Below are positions 27,899-38,353 of a stretch of 64,000 nucleotides of DNA, piece after piece. Every line of letters begins with the position of its first letter. The stretch's first letter is position 1. The notes under the pieces are model-generated. The model was not told the DNA's origin. It did no database searches and saw only the letters and a list, made by a program, of their open reading frames with translations. A program made the position numbers and the translations under genes. Origin of the DNA: Anaerohalosphaeraceae bacterium (lineage in GTDB: Bacteria; Planctomycetota; Phycisphaerae; Sedimentisphaerales; Anaerohalosphaeraceae); the NCBI GenBank assembly GCA_963675525.2, contig CAXXSL010000013.1, forward strand, positions 384,001 to 448,000. Reading direction: 5' to 3'.

Positions 27899-29236
27899 TT
27901 ACTCGTATTGCAAGGTTTCCACCGGACGGATTCGCGCTGCGGCAATCGCCGGCAGTAAGGATCCGACCGCCGCGGCTGTCACTCCAGCGACCGTGACCCA
28001 TAATACAGAACCCCAGTGCATTGTGTTCGGTATCTGCGTAAACATATAGGTACTGGCCCGCCAGAGATTGATGCCCATCGTCATGCCGATAAACCGCTCG
28101 ATGGGGTTGATATTGACAATAATCACATACCCCAAGCCAATTCCCAACCCGGCGCCTAATATTCCGACAATTAAACCAAACAGGATAAAGATAAAAGCCG
28201 TTGAAACGGCGGACAGACCACAGCTTTTCAGAATTCCGATATCCTTTCGCCGGGTCATAACAATCAAATAAAAGATACAGAAAACCAGGATAATGATACC
28301 CGTACTGATAAATCCGAAGATGAACAGCAGCACATCCATTTGTTTGCGGTATTCGACGATCTGCGCCTGCTGTCTTTGGTTGGCGGATTCGATCGAGACA
28401 AACGGATACCATTTGAAACGGTCTTGTGCAAAATTTCGCCACATGCCGTTTACAATCGCAATTGCCTTGGCTTCGTCGGTGCCGGGGGCCAGACGAATAT
28501 GGACGGCACTGGCCGCGTTGGGATGATCCGGATACAATTGTTTTGAAAGTTCCTCGATCGGCAGCAGGACGAACGATTCATCGAACTGATAGATCCCGGC
28601 CATAACGACGTCGGCCAGTTGAAATTTGATCACTTTACGTGAAAAACGGTCAGCTTGTTCATCGCTCTGAGTCACAGAACCGGTCGACAACGCCATGGTC
28701 CGGCCGACCATCCCTTTAACCGCATCCATGTCATACAAGTCGGTCTTTTCGTCGGGGCGACTTAAGACGCCGATTCCGACGATCCCTCCAATCGCATCAG
28801 GAATGCCCGGAACATCAAAACCAACCTGATCGGCAGGCTTTTGCTTTTGAAGCAGCAACGCATCCTGCAGGGGCGTTACGCTGAGTCTGCCGGGCAGTTC
28901 AATCCCCCAGGCGATGACGGGGCGGACTTTTCCAGAACCGGCCAGCAGCAAACCATGGCTTTGAAGAACCGGTGTGGCGGACTGGATGGACTCGGCGGAC
29001 CGCAACGAATCGATCAGTTCGTGATAGTCAGTGATAACGGCGCCGGATGGCGCTTCGACAATAATGTCCCCCATCAACCGGCCGGCACTTGTTTCGATCG
29101 TCTCGATAAACCCGGTAAACAAGCTGTCGGTCGCGATCAACATCGCACAACTGAGCGCAACAGCAACAATGCTCAACAGCACAACCTTGCGATGTTGCAA
29201 ATAGCGAAGACACAATAATAGACTGATTTGCTTCAA
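27899..29236 (-). CDS. LolC/E-like ABC permease
   Basis: Same topology, RKDIGILKSCG, PVETLQYE. Confidence 0.85.
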   Translation of the reverse strand: MKQISLLLCLRYLQHRKVVLLSIVAVALSCAMLIATDSLFTGFIETIETSAGRLMGDIIVEAPSGAVITDYHELIDSLRSAESIQSATPVLQSHGLLLAGSGKVRPVIAWGIELPGRLSVTPLQDALLLQKQKPADQVGFDVPGIPDAIGGIVGIGVLSRPDEKTDLYDMDAVKGMVGRTMALSTGSVTQSDEQADRFSRKVIKFQLADVVMAGIYQFDESFVLLPIEELSKQLYPDHPNAASAVHIRLAPGTDEAKAIAIVNGMWRNFAQDRFKWYPFVSIESANQRQQAQIVEYRKQMDVLLFIFGFISTGIIILVFCIFYLIVMTRRKDIGILKSCGLSAVSTAFIFILFGLIVGILGAGLGIGLGYVIIVNINPIERFIGMTMGINLWRASTYMFTQIPNTMHWGSVLWVTVAGVTAAAVGSLLPAIAAARIRPVETLQYE

Positions 29237-29291
29237 TGTCCGAGCACCTTCATCCTGAAGTTTATATCACCTGCAGATGTCTCGATGGCAC

Positions 29292-30773
29292 TTACTGTCC
29301 TTCTTCTCCGTTTTCGAGCTCAACGGCAACTTTACCTGGCGACAGCGGCTTTAGCAACGGGAACAGGATCACATCCCGAATACTGGTCGCATTGGTCAAG
29401 AGCATCACCAAACGATCGATCCCAACGCCCAATCCTCCGGCCGGGGGCATTCCATATTTTAAAGCGTTTACGAAATCATCATCCATCTTGGACATCGACT
29501 CCTCTTCGGACAGTCCGCGAAGCTGATGACGGAAATTGGCTTCCTGGACATCAGGGTCATTCAGTTCCGTATAGGCATTGGCCAGTTCCATCCTGCCGAT
29601 AAAGAGTTCAAATCGTTCGGCATAACGGGGATCGGCCTTGCTTTGCTTGGTCAGCGGACAAATGGCCGCGGGATAATCTATCACAAAAGTGGGGTTTACC
29701 AGGTGCTGCTCAACCGTCGCCTCAAAGACTTCGTTGACCACCACTGCATCATCCATGCCCGCTTCATTAATTTCAAGCTGACGTGCTTTCTGACGAACGG
29801 TTGGCATCTCGTCGATGTCGCATCCGGCGTGTTCCTTGAGCAGGTCGGCATATTTGGCCCGCCGCCAGGGGCGGGTATAATCAATCTCCATTTCCCCGAA
29901 TGGCAGTTTTGTTCCATCACAATGTTTCTCGATCAGAGAGCACACCACTGTTTCGGTCAGGTCCATCATCACATTATAATCAGCATAGGCCTGGTACAAT
30001 TCCATCATTGTAAACTCGGGATTGTGGCGGGTACTGAGGCCTTCATTGCGGAAATTTCGATTGATCTCAAAGACCTTTTCCATGCCGCCGACCAGCAGCC
30101 GTTTTAAAAACAATTCCGGAGCAATCCGCATGTACAGGTCCAGGTCCAGAGTGTTATGATGCGTCATGAACGGCCGGGCCGCGGCACCCCCGGCAAGGGT
30201 CTGCATCATCGGGGTTTCAACCTCCAGAAAACCCTGTGAGGTCAGATGCTGACGAATTGAAGCGATCATCGCGCTGCGTTTGCTGAACCGCTCCATTACC
30301 TCCGGATTGGCCCACAAATCCACATAACGCATCCTGTACCGCATATCGACGTCAGCTAAGCCGTGAAATTTTTCCGGCGGCTGTACCAGCGCCTTGCTTA
30401 ACAATGTCACCTGGTCGGCCCAAATGGTGATTTCGCCGGTTCTGGTCTTGCCAAGCTGGCCTTCGGCTCCGATAATATCGCCGAGGTCCAGCAATTTCAT
30501 AAACGACCACTGCTCATCCAAAAGTTTTTTACTGAGCCCCAGCTGAATGGTACCACTGGAATCACGAAGAGTGATAAAGATCAGTTTTCCGATATCACGC
30601 AGCAAAACAATACGGCCGGCACAGCGGGCTCGCTGATCTTCTTTGTCGTCAACATAGGTAGCTTTAACCGTTTCGGCTGCCGTTACATTTTCAAAGCGAC
30701 CGCCATAAGGATCGACTTCATATTCACGAATTTTTTGCAGTGTTTGGCGTCTTTGCTGTTCAAACTTACTCAT
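29292..30773 (-). CDS. lysS: Lysyl-tRNA synthetase, class II
   Basis: GGAAARPF, RIAPEL.LKRL, FRNEG..HNPEF, YGMPP.GG.G.GIDRL. Confidence 0.97.
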   Translation of the reverse strand: MSKFEQQRRQTLQKIREYEVDPYGGRFENVTAAETVKATYVDDKEDQRARCAGRIVLLRDIGKLIFITLRDSSGTIQLGLSKKLLDEQWSFMKLLDLGDIIGAEGQLGKTRTGEITIWADQVTLLSKALVQPPEKFHGLADVDMRYRMRYVDLWANPEVMERFSKRSAMIASIRQHLTSQGFLEVETPMMQTLAGGAAARPFMTHHNTLDLDLYMRIAPELFLKRLLVGGMEKVFEINRNFRNEGLSTRHNPEFTMMELYQAYADYNVMMDLTETVVCSLIEKHCDGTKLPFGEMEIDYTRPWRRAKYADLLKEHAGCDIDEMPTVRQKARQLEINEAGMDDAVVVNEVFEATVEQHLVNPTFVIDYPAAICPLTKQSKADPRYAERFELFIGRMELANAYTELNDPDVQEANFRHQLRGLSEEESMSKMDDDFVNALKYGMPPAGGLGVGIDRLVMLLTNATSIRDVILFPLLKPLSPGKVAVELENGEEGQ

Positions 30774-30813
30774 CTCAATCGAGCCTTCTATTCTTTTGGT
30801 TGCGTTTCCCTCG

Positions 30814-33039
30814 TTACTGACTTTCGACTTCGTCTTGGGAGCTTTCTTTTAATATCAGGGTATTGCCTGCAGCGGCCAGCTGACTGCGGATCACCATAAT
30901 CGCCGCCGCTAACTGCGGATCGACCTGAATGGTCTCTTCCAGAGAATGACGATTAGCCTGTCCGTCGGCTTGCTCATGTCCGTTTTGGAACAGAACATCA
31001 TTGTCCCGCTGGATATCCAGCATTTTTTTCAGTTCATGAGTATGCATTTCGACCTCGAAATCAGGCGCGATACCCCAATCCTTGCGTCCCTGTTTTTCGA
31101 CCTGGTAGCGGTTTTTAACGCGCTGGTCGCTGGGCAGATGGTAATAGGCCATGGTGTATTTCATCAGTGAGCCGTCACCGGTATAAGTTGTCTGATTCTG
31201 CACACTACCCTTTCCATAACTGCGTTCTCCCACCAGCGTAGCACGCTGATGCTTGGGATCCTGAAGGGCCCCGGCAACAATTTCCGAAGCACTGGCGCTG
31301 GAGCCGTTGATCAGGATCACAAGAGGATAATCAGGATGTGTTCCGCTGCGATGGGCAATCTCATAGGTTGCGAAGCCATAGCGAGGATTACTTTTAACGA
31401 TCACCCCTTCTTTAACGAACAGGTCAACAACATCAGCTGCCACCTGAAGATAGCCACCGGTATTAAAACGCAGGTCCAGAATTAATCCGACCATGCCTTT
31501 CTTTTCGATTTTTTTCAGTACTTCATCGAGATCCGAGCCGGAATTTTCAGTAAACTGCATCAGGCGAACATACCCAATACCGTTGTCCGGGTCGATCATA
31601 TAATCCCACCGGCCTTCGGCGTCCCGTGTCCATCCACGCAAGGGATCAACCACAATTTTATCACGGGTAATCGTATAATCCTTGGTTTCGTCTGTCGATG
31701 GGCGGAGAATCGTCAGTGTTACCTTGGTGCCCTTGGGGCCGGTAATCTTGCTGACCGCACAGAAAATCGTCATTTTCTCCGTCGACTCCCCATTGACCGC
31801 GACGATCTCATCGTCCGCATCCAGACCCGATCGATAAGCCGGCGTATCCGGCAACAGACTTGATATCTTTAAAACACCCGTCGCCTTGGATATTTCCACA
31901 CCGATACCGGTAAACTGCTGCGTCATGCTCTTTTCATAATCTTTCACATTCCAGGGCCAGACAATTATCGTATAGGGGTCCAAAGACGCCAATGACGCTT
32001 CGGCAAACTGGGCGATCACCACTTCCTCCGGAAGCCGCAAGGTAACAGAATTCAACGCCAGCACGTTATCAAAAATCCCCGCCAGCACTTGTATCTGCAT
32101 CGTTATCTGCTCGCCAGCATCCTGATCGATCTGCGTTTGTATATCGCCAATTCCCGATGCCCATTCCTGAACGGCATCGGCGGGTGCTTCCCACGCAATC
32201 TCTTTGTTGTTTTTAGCGAGGACCTGGCCTAACAAACGACAACGCTTTAGTCCTGCGCGGGCCATCTCGGAATAATCGATCACATTCACGTAATTGTTAT
32301 CCAAAAGGTTCAGGGCACGCAGAAACATCTCCGGCTTAATCTCTTCATATCGCTCTACCGCCGTTTCAGCGCAACTGCTGTCTATCAGAGCCAACTCAAG
32401 GCCTGCCAGTTCCGTCAGTTCTTCGGCCTTCTCTTTATATTGATGATTATCTTCGTAAAGCGCCGCCAGCCAATAATAGTTATGAGCATACGCTTCCAGC
32501 CATTCGCCAGCCTCCTCGTCAGCGTCTGCTTTTTGCTGCATTTGATCCAGTATGTTTATCACGAACGGATCTTTGAGCAGTTCTTCTTTTTGCTGCTCTT
32601 GAGCAACTTCCCTGGCGCGGATGACAGCGAGCATCGTTTCGTCAATATCATTAACATCCGGCACCTCTCTGGCAGCGGCCTTCTCTTTGATCTTCTCCAG
32701 TTCCTCCATCTGCTCCTGATAAGCCTTTTGTTTCTCCTGCAGACGGAATTCCTGCAGTCGGTCGTATTGCCTAAACAGCATCTTAATCTGGGCAACCGGA
32801 CCGGAATCCTTTTGTTCTTCAAGCATTTGTTCGGCCTGCTCAACCTGACCTCGACACAGGGCTTCAATGACCGGCCGAAGTTCAGTTTCCAGCAAAACAC
32901 CTTCTGTAGATGTTTGCCTCTGCTCGATCGAATTCGAGCGAACGACGCCGTTTTCACTGGTATCGCAGGATCCCCCGGTTAAGGGCAACAGACCGCAGAC
33001 AAACAGAAACGGCAATAACCATAATTTTTTTGTAACCAT
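30814..33039 (-). CDS. C-terminal processing protease (S41A) with an N-terminal helical extension
   Basis: LDPY, GIGVEI (PDZ), DLRFNTGG, SASASEIVAGAL, YGKGSVQ. Confidence 0.92.
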   Translation of the reverse strand: MVTKKLWLLPFLFVCGLLPLTGGSCDTSENGVVRSNSIEQRQTSTEGVLLETELRPVIEALCRGQVEQAEQMLEEQKDSGPVAQIKMLFRQYDRLQEFRLQEKQKAYQEQMEELEKIKEKAAAREVPDVNDIDETMLAVIRAREVAQEQQKEELLKDPFVINILDQMQQKADADEEAGEWLEAYAHNYYWLAALYEDNHQYKEKAEELTELAGLELALIDSSCAETAVERYEEIKPEMFLRALNLLDNNYVNVIDYSEMARAGLKRCRLLGQVLAKNNKEIAWEAPADAVQEWASGIGDIQTQIDQDAGEQITMQIQVLAGIFDNVLALNSVTLRLPEEVVIAQFAEASLASLDPYTIIVWPWNVKDYEKSMTQQFTGIGVEISKATGVLKISSLLPDTPAYRSGLDADDEIVAVNGESTEKMTIFCAVSKITGPKGTKVTLTILRPSTDETKDYTITRDKIVVDPLRGWTRDAEGRWDYMIDPDNGIGYVRLMQFTENSGSDLDEVLKKIEKKGMVGLILDLRFNTGGYLQVAADVVDLFVKEGVIVKSNPRYGFATYEIAHRSGTHPDYPLVILINGSSASASEIVAGALQDPKHQRATLVGERSYGKGSVQNQTTYTGDGSLMKYTMAYYHLPSDQRVKNRYQVEKQGRKDWGIAPDFEVEMHTHELKKMLDIQRDNDVLFQNGHEQADGQANRHSLEETIQVDPQLAAAIMVIRSQLAAAGNTLILKESSQDEVESQ

Positions 33040-33087
33040 TTTCAAGGGACTCAACCTTAAATAGATAAAATTAATAAATCCAAACAG

Positions 33088-33115
33088 GGCAGGGTGGCTT
33101 TAAAGCCACCCTGCC
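33088..33115 (-). terminator. Perfect palindrome after fba, probable terminator
   Basis: GGCAGGGTGGCTTTAAAGCCACCCTGCC. Confidence 0.7.
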
Positions 33116-33156
33116 GAAAGTATTTTAAAGAAAACCGACCGATCAGCCCCCAAATC

Positions 33157-34107
33157 TTAGAGGCATTCGGCGGCTTTGCCGGCACAACCGAGCACTTGGA
33201 GTTTGTGCTTGACCATTTGCTTAATCGCTTCACGACCGGGGCCAAGATAATGGCGCGGATCGAATTCGCCCGGTTTTTCAGCAAAAACCTGACGGATCTT
33301 AGCCGTCAGAGCCATCCGCAGATCTGTGTCGATGTTGACTTTGCAAACGGCCATCTTTGATGCCTCCGTAATGGCGTCTTCCGGAACTCCCATCGCATCG
33401 GGCATTTGTCCGCCGTACTTGTTGATCAGATCCTTAAACTCCTTCAGCACACTGCTGGAACCGTGCATTACCAGCGGATATCCCGGCAGTTTTTTGCTGA
33501 TCTTTTCGACGACATCCAGAGCCAGTTTCGGAGCCGTCTTGAACTTATAGGCACCGTGGCTGGTTCCGATTGCAACCGCCAGAGAATCCACGCCGGTTCT
33601 CTCAACAAATTCAACCGCCTGATCCGGGTCCGTCAGGTGCTTCATCACATCTTCGTGACTGATACCGACCACATCTTCTTCGATGCCGCCAAGTTGCCCC
33701 AGTTCGGCTTCAACAACGACACCATGGTCATGCGCATAATCTACAACCTGTTTCGTCAATGCAATATTTTCTTCAAATGAGTGATGTGAACCGTCGATCA
33801 TAACCGAAGTAAAACCGTCATCGACACACTGCTTACAGGTCTCAAAGGTGTCCCCGTGATCCAAATGCATACAAATCGGGATGTCGGGGTTCTCAGCAAC
33901 CGCCACATCGATAATCCCCTTCAGGTAACTCATGCTGGCATACGAACGAGCACCGCGAGATATCTGCAGGATCAGAGGGGCCTTTTCTTCTGCGATCGCA
34001 CTGACGATCCCCTGCGTAATTTCCATGTTATTCACATTGAAGGCACCGACGGCATAACCATTCGTATACGCCATCTTAAACATTTTTTTAGAATCTACTA
34101 AAGCCAT
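33157..34107 (-). CDS. fba: Class II fructose-bisphosphate aldolase
   Basis: HLDHG, SVMIDGS, GTSHGAYKF, VMHGSS, KVNIDTD. Confidence 0.95.
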   Translation of the reverse strand: MALVDSKKMFKMAYTNGYAVGAFNVNNMEITQGIVSAIAEEKAPLILQISRGARSYASMSYLKGIIDVAVAENPDIPICMHLDHGDTFETCKQCVDDGFTSVMIDGSHHSFEENIALTKQVVDYAHDHGVVVEAELGQLGGIEEDVVGISHEDVMKHLTDPDQAVEFVERTGVDSLAVAIGTSHGAYKFKTAPKLALDVVEKISKKLPGYPLVMHGSSSVLKEFKDLINKYGGQMPDAMGVPEDAITEASKMAVCKVNIDTDLRMALTAKIRQVFAEKPGEFDPRHYLGPGREAIKQMVKHKLQVLGCAGKAAECL

Positions 34108-34195
34108 ACTTACTCCTTAGTCAAACAGGTTAATAACTCTTAATTTGAATACACTCACATATTTTAAATCCACTTTGGATTCACTGCCATAGGAA

Positions 34196-37100
34196 TCAGT
34201 CTTCACGGACAGTACCGGTTAAACCCGTATATTTACGGGAGCCGACCGCAAGCTCACTCACCCCCTGGGGCCAGACGCTAAACATAACGGCGTTCCGATC
34301 AAGAGAATCATCAAATGAAAGACTCAGACCGTAAAACATCCGGTGGTATTGACGAATGATCGTCAAATCACTTCGAACAGCCTTGCCGAAGTCAAAATTA
34401 TACTCCTGAGAAAACGTTGCGGTATATCGCGGTGTCAGGCGATAGGTGACCGCGGTCACAAACGAATTCGACCCGACCTCGTGCACGTCGTTTATTCCGT
34501 CGTTATTTTCATCTACATTGACAATTAGCGGACGCAGATAACGGGTTCCCACATAATAGCTGATATCCGGATAAACATACCGGCTCATCCCGATATCAAA
34601 TTGCTGAACATGACCGCTGTTCATATCATAATTTATATCGCTGAGCAGAGACAGGGTATCAGATAGTCTCCAAACCATCTCGCCGTTCAACGTATCGCGG
34701 GCAATCCCGTAATAATTTTCGTCACGACGCAGCAAAAAAGGAATCGAGGGGTCATTGTAAACAAACGCGGCGGGACCATAGCTATTCACCGGCCCGATTG
34801 AAGAATCTGCATCATCTTTGACCCATGTCGCTTCCATATCCAACCGAAGCCAGTCCAGCGTCCGGCGATTCTCTTCACTGCCGCGATGCGTCTGCCATCG
34901 CTGTGAAACGCCAACGTGAATCGCATCCCGCATATCGATGGAAGCATCACTGGCCTGATAGGTCGTCATTTCGAAATACGGCTGCACGATATGACGAATA
35001 CCGCTCAAATCCCAGAGCCTGGAGTGGACATAGGGGTCGTCTTTCCAGAACATGGTCGAAGCCCGCAGACCCGCCTCACCCAAAAAGACCTGCTCATCCC
35101 GTGACACCGCATTACCATTGATATCCAAACCAAAACCCTGGCCGTCTTCAAAACCGAAGGTGCCCGCTACATAGGGAACAATTTTAAAGGTTTCCCACAT
35201 CAACGGCAGGTCAACTTCGTTTCGCGTATAACCAAACGTATAGAAATCACTGTCGCCGCGGACAAAGCTGCTGTTGTAAAGAAGTCCGTCATCATCATAA
35301 CGGTCACGGAAACGCGCAAGCTGAGTGTCGCTGTACCATGTCAGACGGTGATCCCAAAACGACTGACCCTTTAAGTGGTATTCGATACTCGGCAGTTCTT
35401 CCGTCATCGTTTCATAATCGTTGATGCGGACTTTGCCGAGAATCGAAAAACTCCAGTTATCACGAAGACGCTTAAGGTAAACGAGTGTTTCCTGCCCCTT
35501 GTCCGAATTAAACTCATCGCGGTACATCCATTCGAGGAAATTGCGGTCCGAAATATAACTGGTCTCAACCGTCAATTGCCAGTCGTCCGGCAAAAACTGC
35601 CTATGACGAAAACTGAACCGGCCGCGAACATCCTGTTTAGGATCGAGATTTCGACGGTTATCTGTTGAACCCAAATCGTCCTTGCCGCGATCATTCATGA
35701 TGTAAGCAATAAGCGAGCCTTGCGCATCATCTTTTTCGTATTCAGCCTCTATACCACCGCCAACGCCGCGCTTACTGAAGTAGTCTGCCGCCAGACGACT
35801 CTCCAGCCATGGCGGATCCTTGAGCCCCAGCAAACGTGACAGGTGCCAGCGGGTTTCAACTGACGTTCCGAATTCGGAATCATTGCCGAAACGAATCTTG
35901 CTCAGCGGAATGTCGGGCCGCTTAAAATTTGTAACGATCCGGGGCCAGCGAAAGAACGTAATATCACCATATTTTGCGTTAACATCATAGAGCCGTCCTT
36001 CAAGGCGGGAAGCGGTATCCGTATCCTCAGGCAGATAACCCTCAACTGCCTGGTCCGACAAGAGTACCATTTTGGACGCATTCAGAGAAACCTGCGGAAA
36101 GTAAAACTCGCTGCTGGTCAATTGAACGTCCTGGGCTTCGTAGATATTTTCGCTAACACAACCCAGCATTTTGGCACGCAGGTAAATCGGCAGACCCCGT
36201 TTTTCATCGAACATCCGCATCGAGGCATTCACAACCAATGCCCGCTGGTTCACAAAGTCATAATAAATCTCATCGGCACGGGTGGTACGATCCCCTTCGG
36301 TCATGACAATATTGCCTTGAAGGTAAACAGACTGAAAATGTCCCGTTCCAATCTGGTTGCCCTGCTGCTGACCTTGACCCATCGAAAACTTGCCCGACTC
36401 ATAGAAAAGCACCACATTGTCGGCCATGAACTCGACCACCTGATCATCGGATCGCCGTTGAAACAAATAAAACCGTCCGGAAGCCGTCGCAACAGACTGC
36501 CCATCAGACATTTCTCTGGTTTCAATCTGAGTCCCCGGTTCCCACACTGCCGAGATCTCAACGGGAAACTCTTCAACCGGCTCGGCATCTTGTTTAACCT
36601 GTGAACGAACAACAACCTCAGGTTGAACCGCGGATACAGCCGTTTTGCCTGCCGGAATGGTATCTTGTATGATGCGAACATCCGGAACCTGTGCATTACG
36701 AGAAATCCCCGGACTGGTCGGCAACCGCAATACAGACTCGGCCGCTCTGACATAGAGGTCATCATTAGACAACTGATCGGGAGCGATTTGCTGGTGTGCA
36801 TCTGAGACCGCATAGACTTGGCCGGTCACCAGAAACTGTGTCACCAGTACATCTGCGCCCTCTACGAGAAAATGACGGACAGAAGTCGCTTTGGCTTTAG
36901 GGCCTTTCTGGACAGATATTTGCCCCTCTAGATAGGCTCTGGCAAGATAGGAAGGTTTTGCTCCCGCAGTATCGGTTGTTTGCGGGAAAAGATAGATCAC
37001 GGCTGCCCGACTGCTCAGCAAATTGTCTCCAATCTGCAGAATCGCCCCTTCCTTCAAGAGGATAACCTGTAGCCCGTCTTGCTCCGGTTGATGGCAAACA

Positions 37101-37225
37101 GTCATAACAGGGGCAGTCATATGGAGATCCTGCCCTGCCAGAACGCCCGGATCAATACTTGAAGAATCTAAGGCCATGCCATTGCAAATCACCATTGAAA
37201 CTAGAACAAGAATACTGTTTGCCAT
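34196..37225 (-). CDS. LPS-assembly protein LptD-like
   Basis: N-terminal jellyroll-like region (ADEIYYDF), large C-terminal beta-barrel, YISDRNFL. Confidence 0.7.
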   Translation of the reverse strand: MANSILVLVSMVICNGMALDSSSIDPGVLAGQDLHMTAPVMTVCHQPEQDGLQVILLKEGAILQIGDNLLSSRAAVIYLFPQTTDTAGAKPSYLARAYLEGQISVQKGPKAKATSVRHFLVEGADVLVTQFLVTGQVYAVSDAHQQIAPDQLSNDDLYVRAAESVLRLPTSPGISRNAQVPDVRIIQDTIPAGKTAVSAVQPEVVVRSQVKQDAEPVEEFPVEISAVWEPGTQIETREMSDGQSVATASGRFYLFQRRSDDQVVEFMADNVVLFYESGKFSMGQGQQQGNQIGTGHFQSVYLQGNIVMTEGDRTTRADEIYYDFVNQRALVVNASMRMFDEKRGLPIYLRAKMLGCVSENIYEAQDVQLTSSEFYFPQVSLNASKMVLLSDQAVEGYLPEDTDTASRLEGRLYDVNAKYGDITFFRWPRIVTNFKRPDIPLSKIRFGNDSEFGTSVETRWHLSRLLGLKDPPWLESRLAADYFSKRGVGGGIEAEYEKDDAQGSLIAYIMNDRGKDDLGSTDNRRNLDPKQDVRGRFSFRHRQFLPDDWQLTVETSYISDRNFLEWMYRDEFNSDKGQETLVYLKRLRDNWSFSILGKVRINDYETMTEELPSIEYHLKGQSFWDHRLTWYSDTQLARFRDRYDDDGLLYNSSFVRGDSDFYTFGYTRNEVDLPLMWETFKIVPYVAGTFGFEDGQGFGLDINGNAVSRDEQVFLGEAGLRASTMFWKDDPYVHSRLWDLSGIRHIVQPYFEMTTYQASDASIDMRDAIHVGVSQRWQTHRGSEENRRTLDWLRLDMEATWVKDDADSSIGPVNSYGPAAFVYNDPSIPFLLRRDENYYGIARDTLNGEMVWRLSDTLSLLSDINYDMNSGHVQQFDIGMSRYVYPDISYYVGTRYLRPLIVNVDENNDGINDVHEVGSNSFVTAVTYRLTPRYTATFSQEYNFDFGKAVRSDLTIIRQYHRMFYGLSLSFDDSLDRNAVMFSVWPQGVSELAVGSRKYTGLTGTVRED

Positions 37226-37426
37226 GGAATTTTACCCGTATACAGAATTAATTGTTTAATTATTTTCTCTATAATCCGAGAAGGACACATACATCCGGTG
37301 TGATTATAGCTACCTCGCTCGTTAAATCCAGTCAAAAACAGGAATAATAACACTGAAAAACGACCATCGAAGCCCTATTATGAGGTGAGAAATTGATGTC
37401 CTAATTTGTCGTCAAAAACCTGTTTT

Positions 37427-38206
37427 CTACAACATCTGATAATGCATAACCGCGCGATATAAGCCATTAACACGCTGAGGTTTGACAATCACAGGAGAGT
37501 AGGCGTCATTTCGAGGCTGAAGACGTATTTTCTTGTCTTTTTCGAAGAAAATCCGTTTAAATATCGTTTTGTGAGGTGATTTAAGTCTAACAAAACAATC
37601 GTCGCCATTTTGAACATCTGCGGCAGGTGAAAAAACGACAATATGGCCCTCTGAAAACTTCGGTTCCATAGAATCGCCCACAATCCTTACTGCAAAGGCA
37701 TTCGGATCGTGAATATCGGGGCAGCGTACATAATCGTCCGCAATACCCGTTGGGTGCCCTAAGTCATCAAAATCCGCCGGGTAACCCGCAGACACTTTAT
37801 TAATAACAGGAATCCAGCAACCCGGCTTTTCGCTGCCGGCCTGATCCTGTTCAATATCTATCTCGTATTGGGTCAGCATTTTGCCTATCTTTTCAGGCTT
37901 CAGCTTACGTCTTATAATATCCCTGATTATCTTTCTGTATTGACGGTTTTCGGCATTAATCGCGTCATAATCCTGCCGCACATCCGCAGGCATTTGTTCA
38001 AAATGAGCCATGTATCGAAGATATCCATTCGCAAACTGGAGATGCTTTTCCAGCTTTCGAAGCAATTTATCGCTGGGCGGATTATTGACACGTCCGGTTT
38101 CAATCGTGGAAAGATAGGGCTTTGAGAAACCCGTCAGCGACGCAACCTCATCAAGCGTTAAGTGCAAATGCTTCCTTTTTTTTCGAATGGTTTTTCCTAA
38201 GGCCAT
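37427..38206 (-). CDS. XRE-type HTH plus S24 peptidase (LexA/CI-like repressor)
   Basis: HTH (SKPYLSTIETG), cleavage site VSAG, GDSMEP (Ser), FKR (Lys). Confidence 0.9.
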   Translation of the reverse strand: MALGKTIRKKRKHLHLTLDEVASLTGFSKPYLSTIETGRVNNPPSDKLLRKLEKHLQFANGYLRYMAHFEQMPADVRQDYDAINAENRQYRKIIRDIIRRKLKPEKIGKMLTQYEIDIEQDQAGSEKPGCWIPVINKVSAGYPADFDDLGHPTGIADDYVRCPDIHDPNAFAVRIVGDSMEPKFSEGHIVVFSPAADVQNGDDCFVRLKSPHKTIFKRIFFEKDKKIRLQPRNDAYSPVIVKPQRVNGLYRAVMHYQML

Positions 38207-38353
38207 GATAGGCATTATAAAAGTAACCAGTCAACAGACACAAGTCTTTTTTTTCTAAATATCAAACATTTTAGATAAAATATTTAGACAGCGGCTTCCA
38301 TATCCATTTACGATCTCTCTGCGTTAAATTGCTATCCCGGAATCGGCCCTCTG

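Noticed and set aside
37427..38215. Prophage marked by a CI-like repressor
   Set aside because: Flanked by lptD-like and kinase genes; no integrase or structural genes
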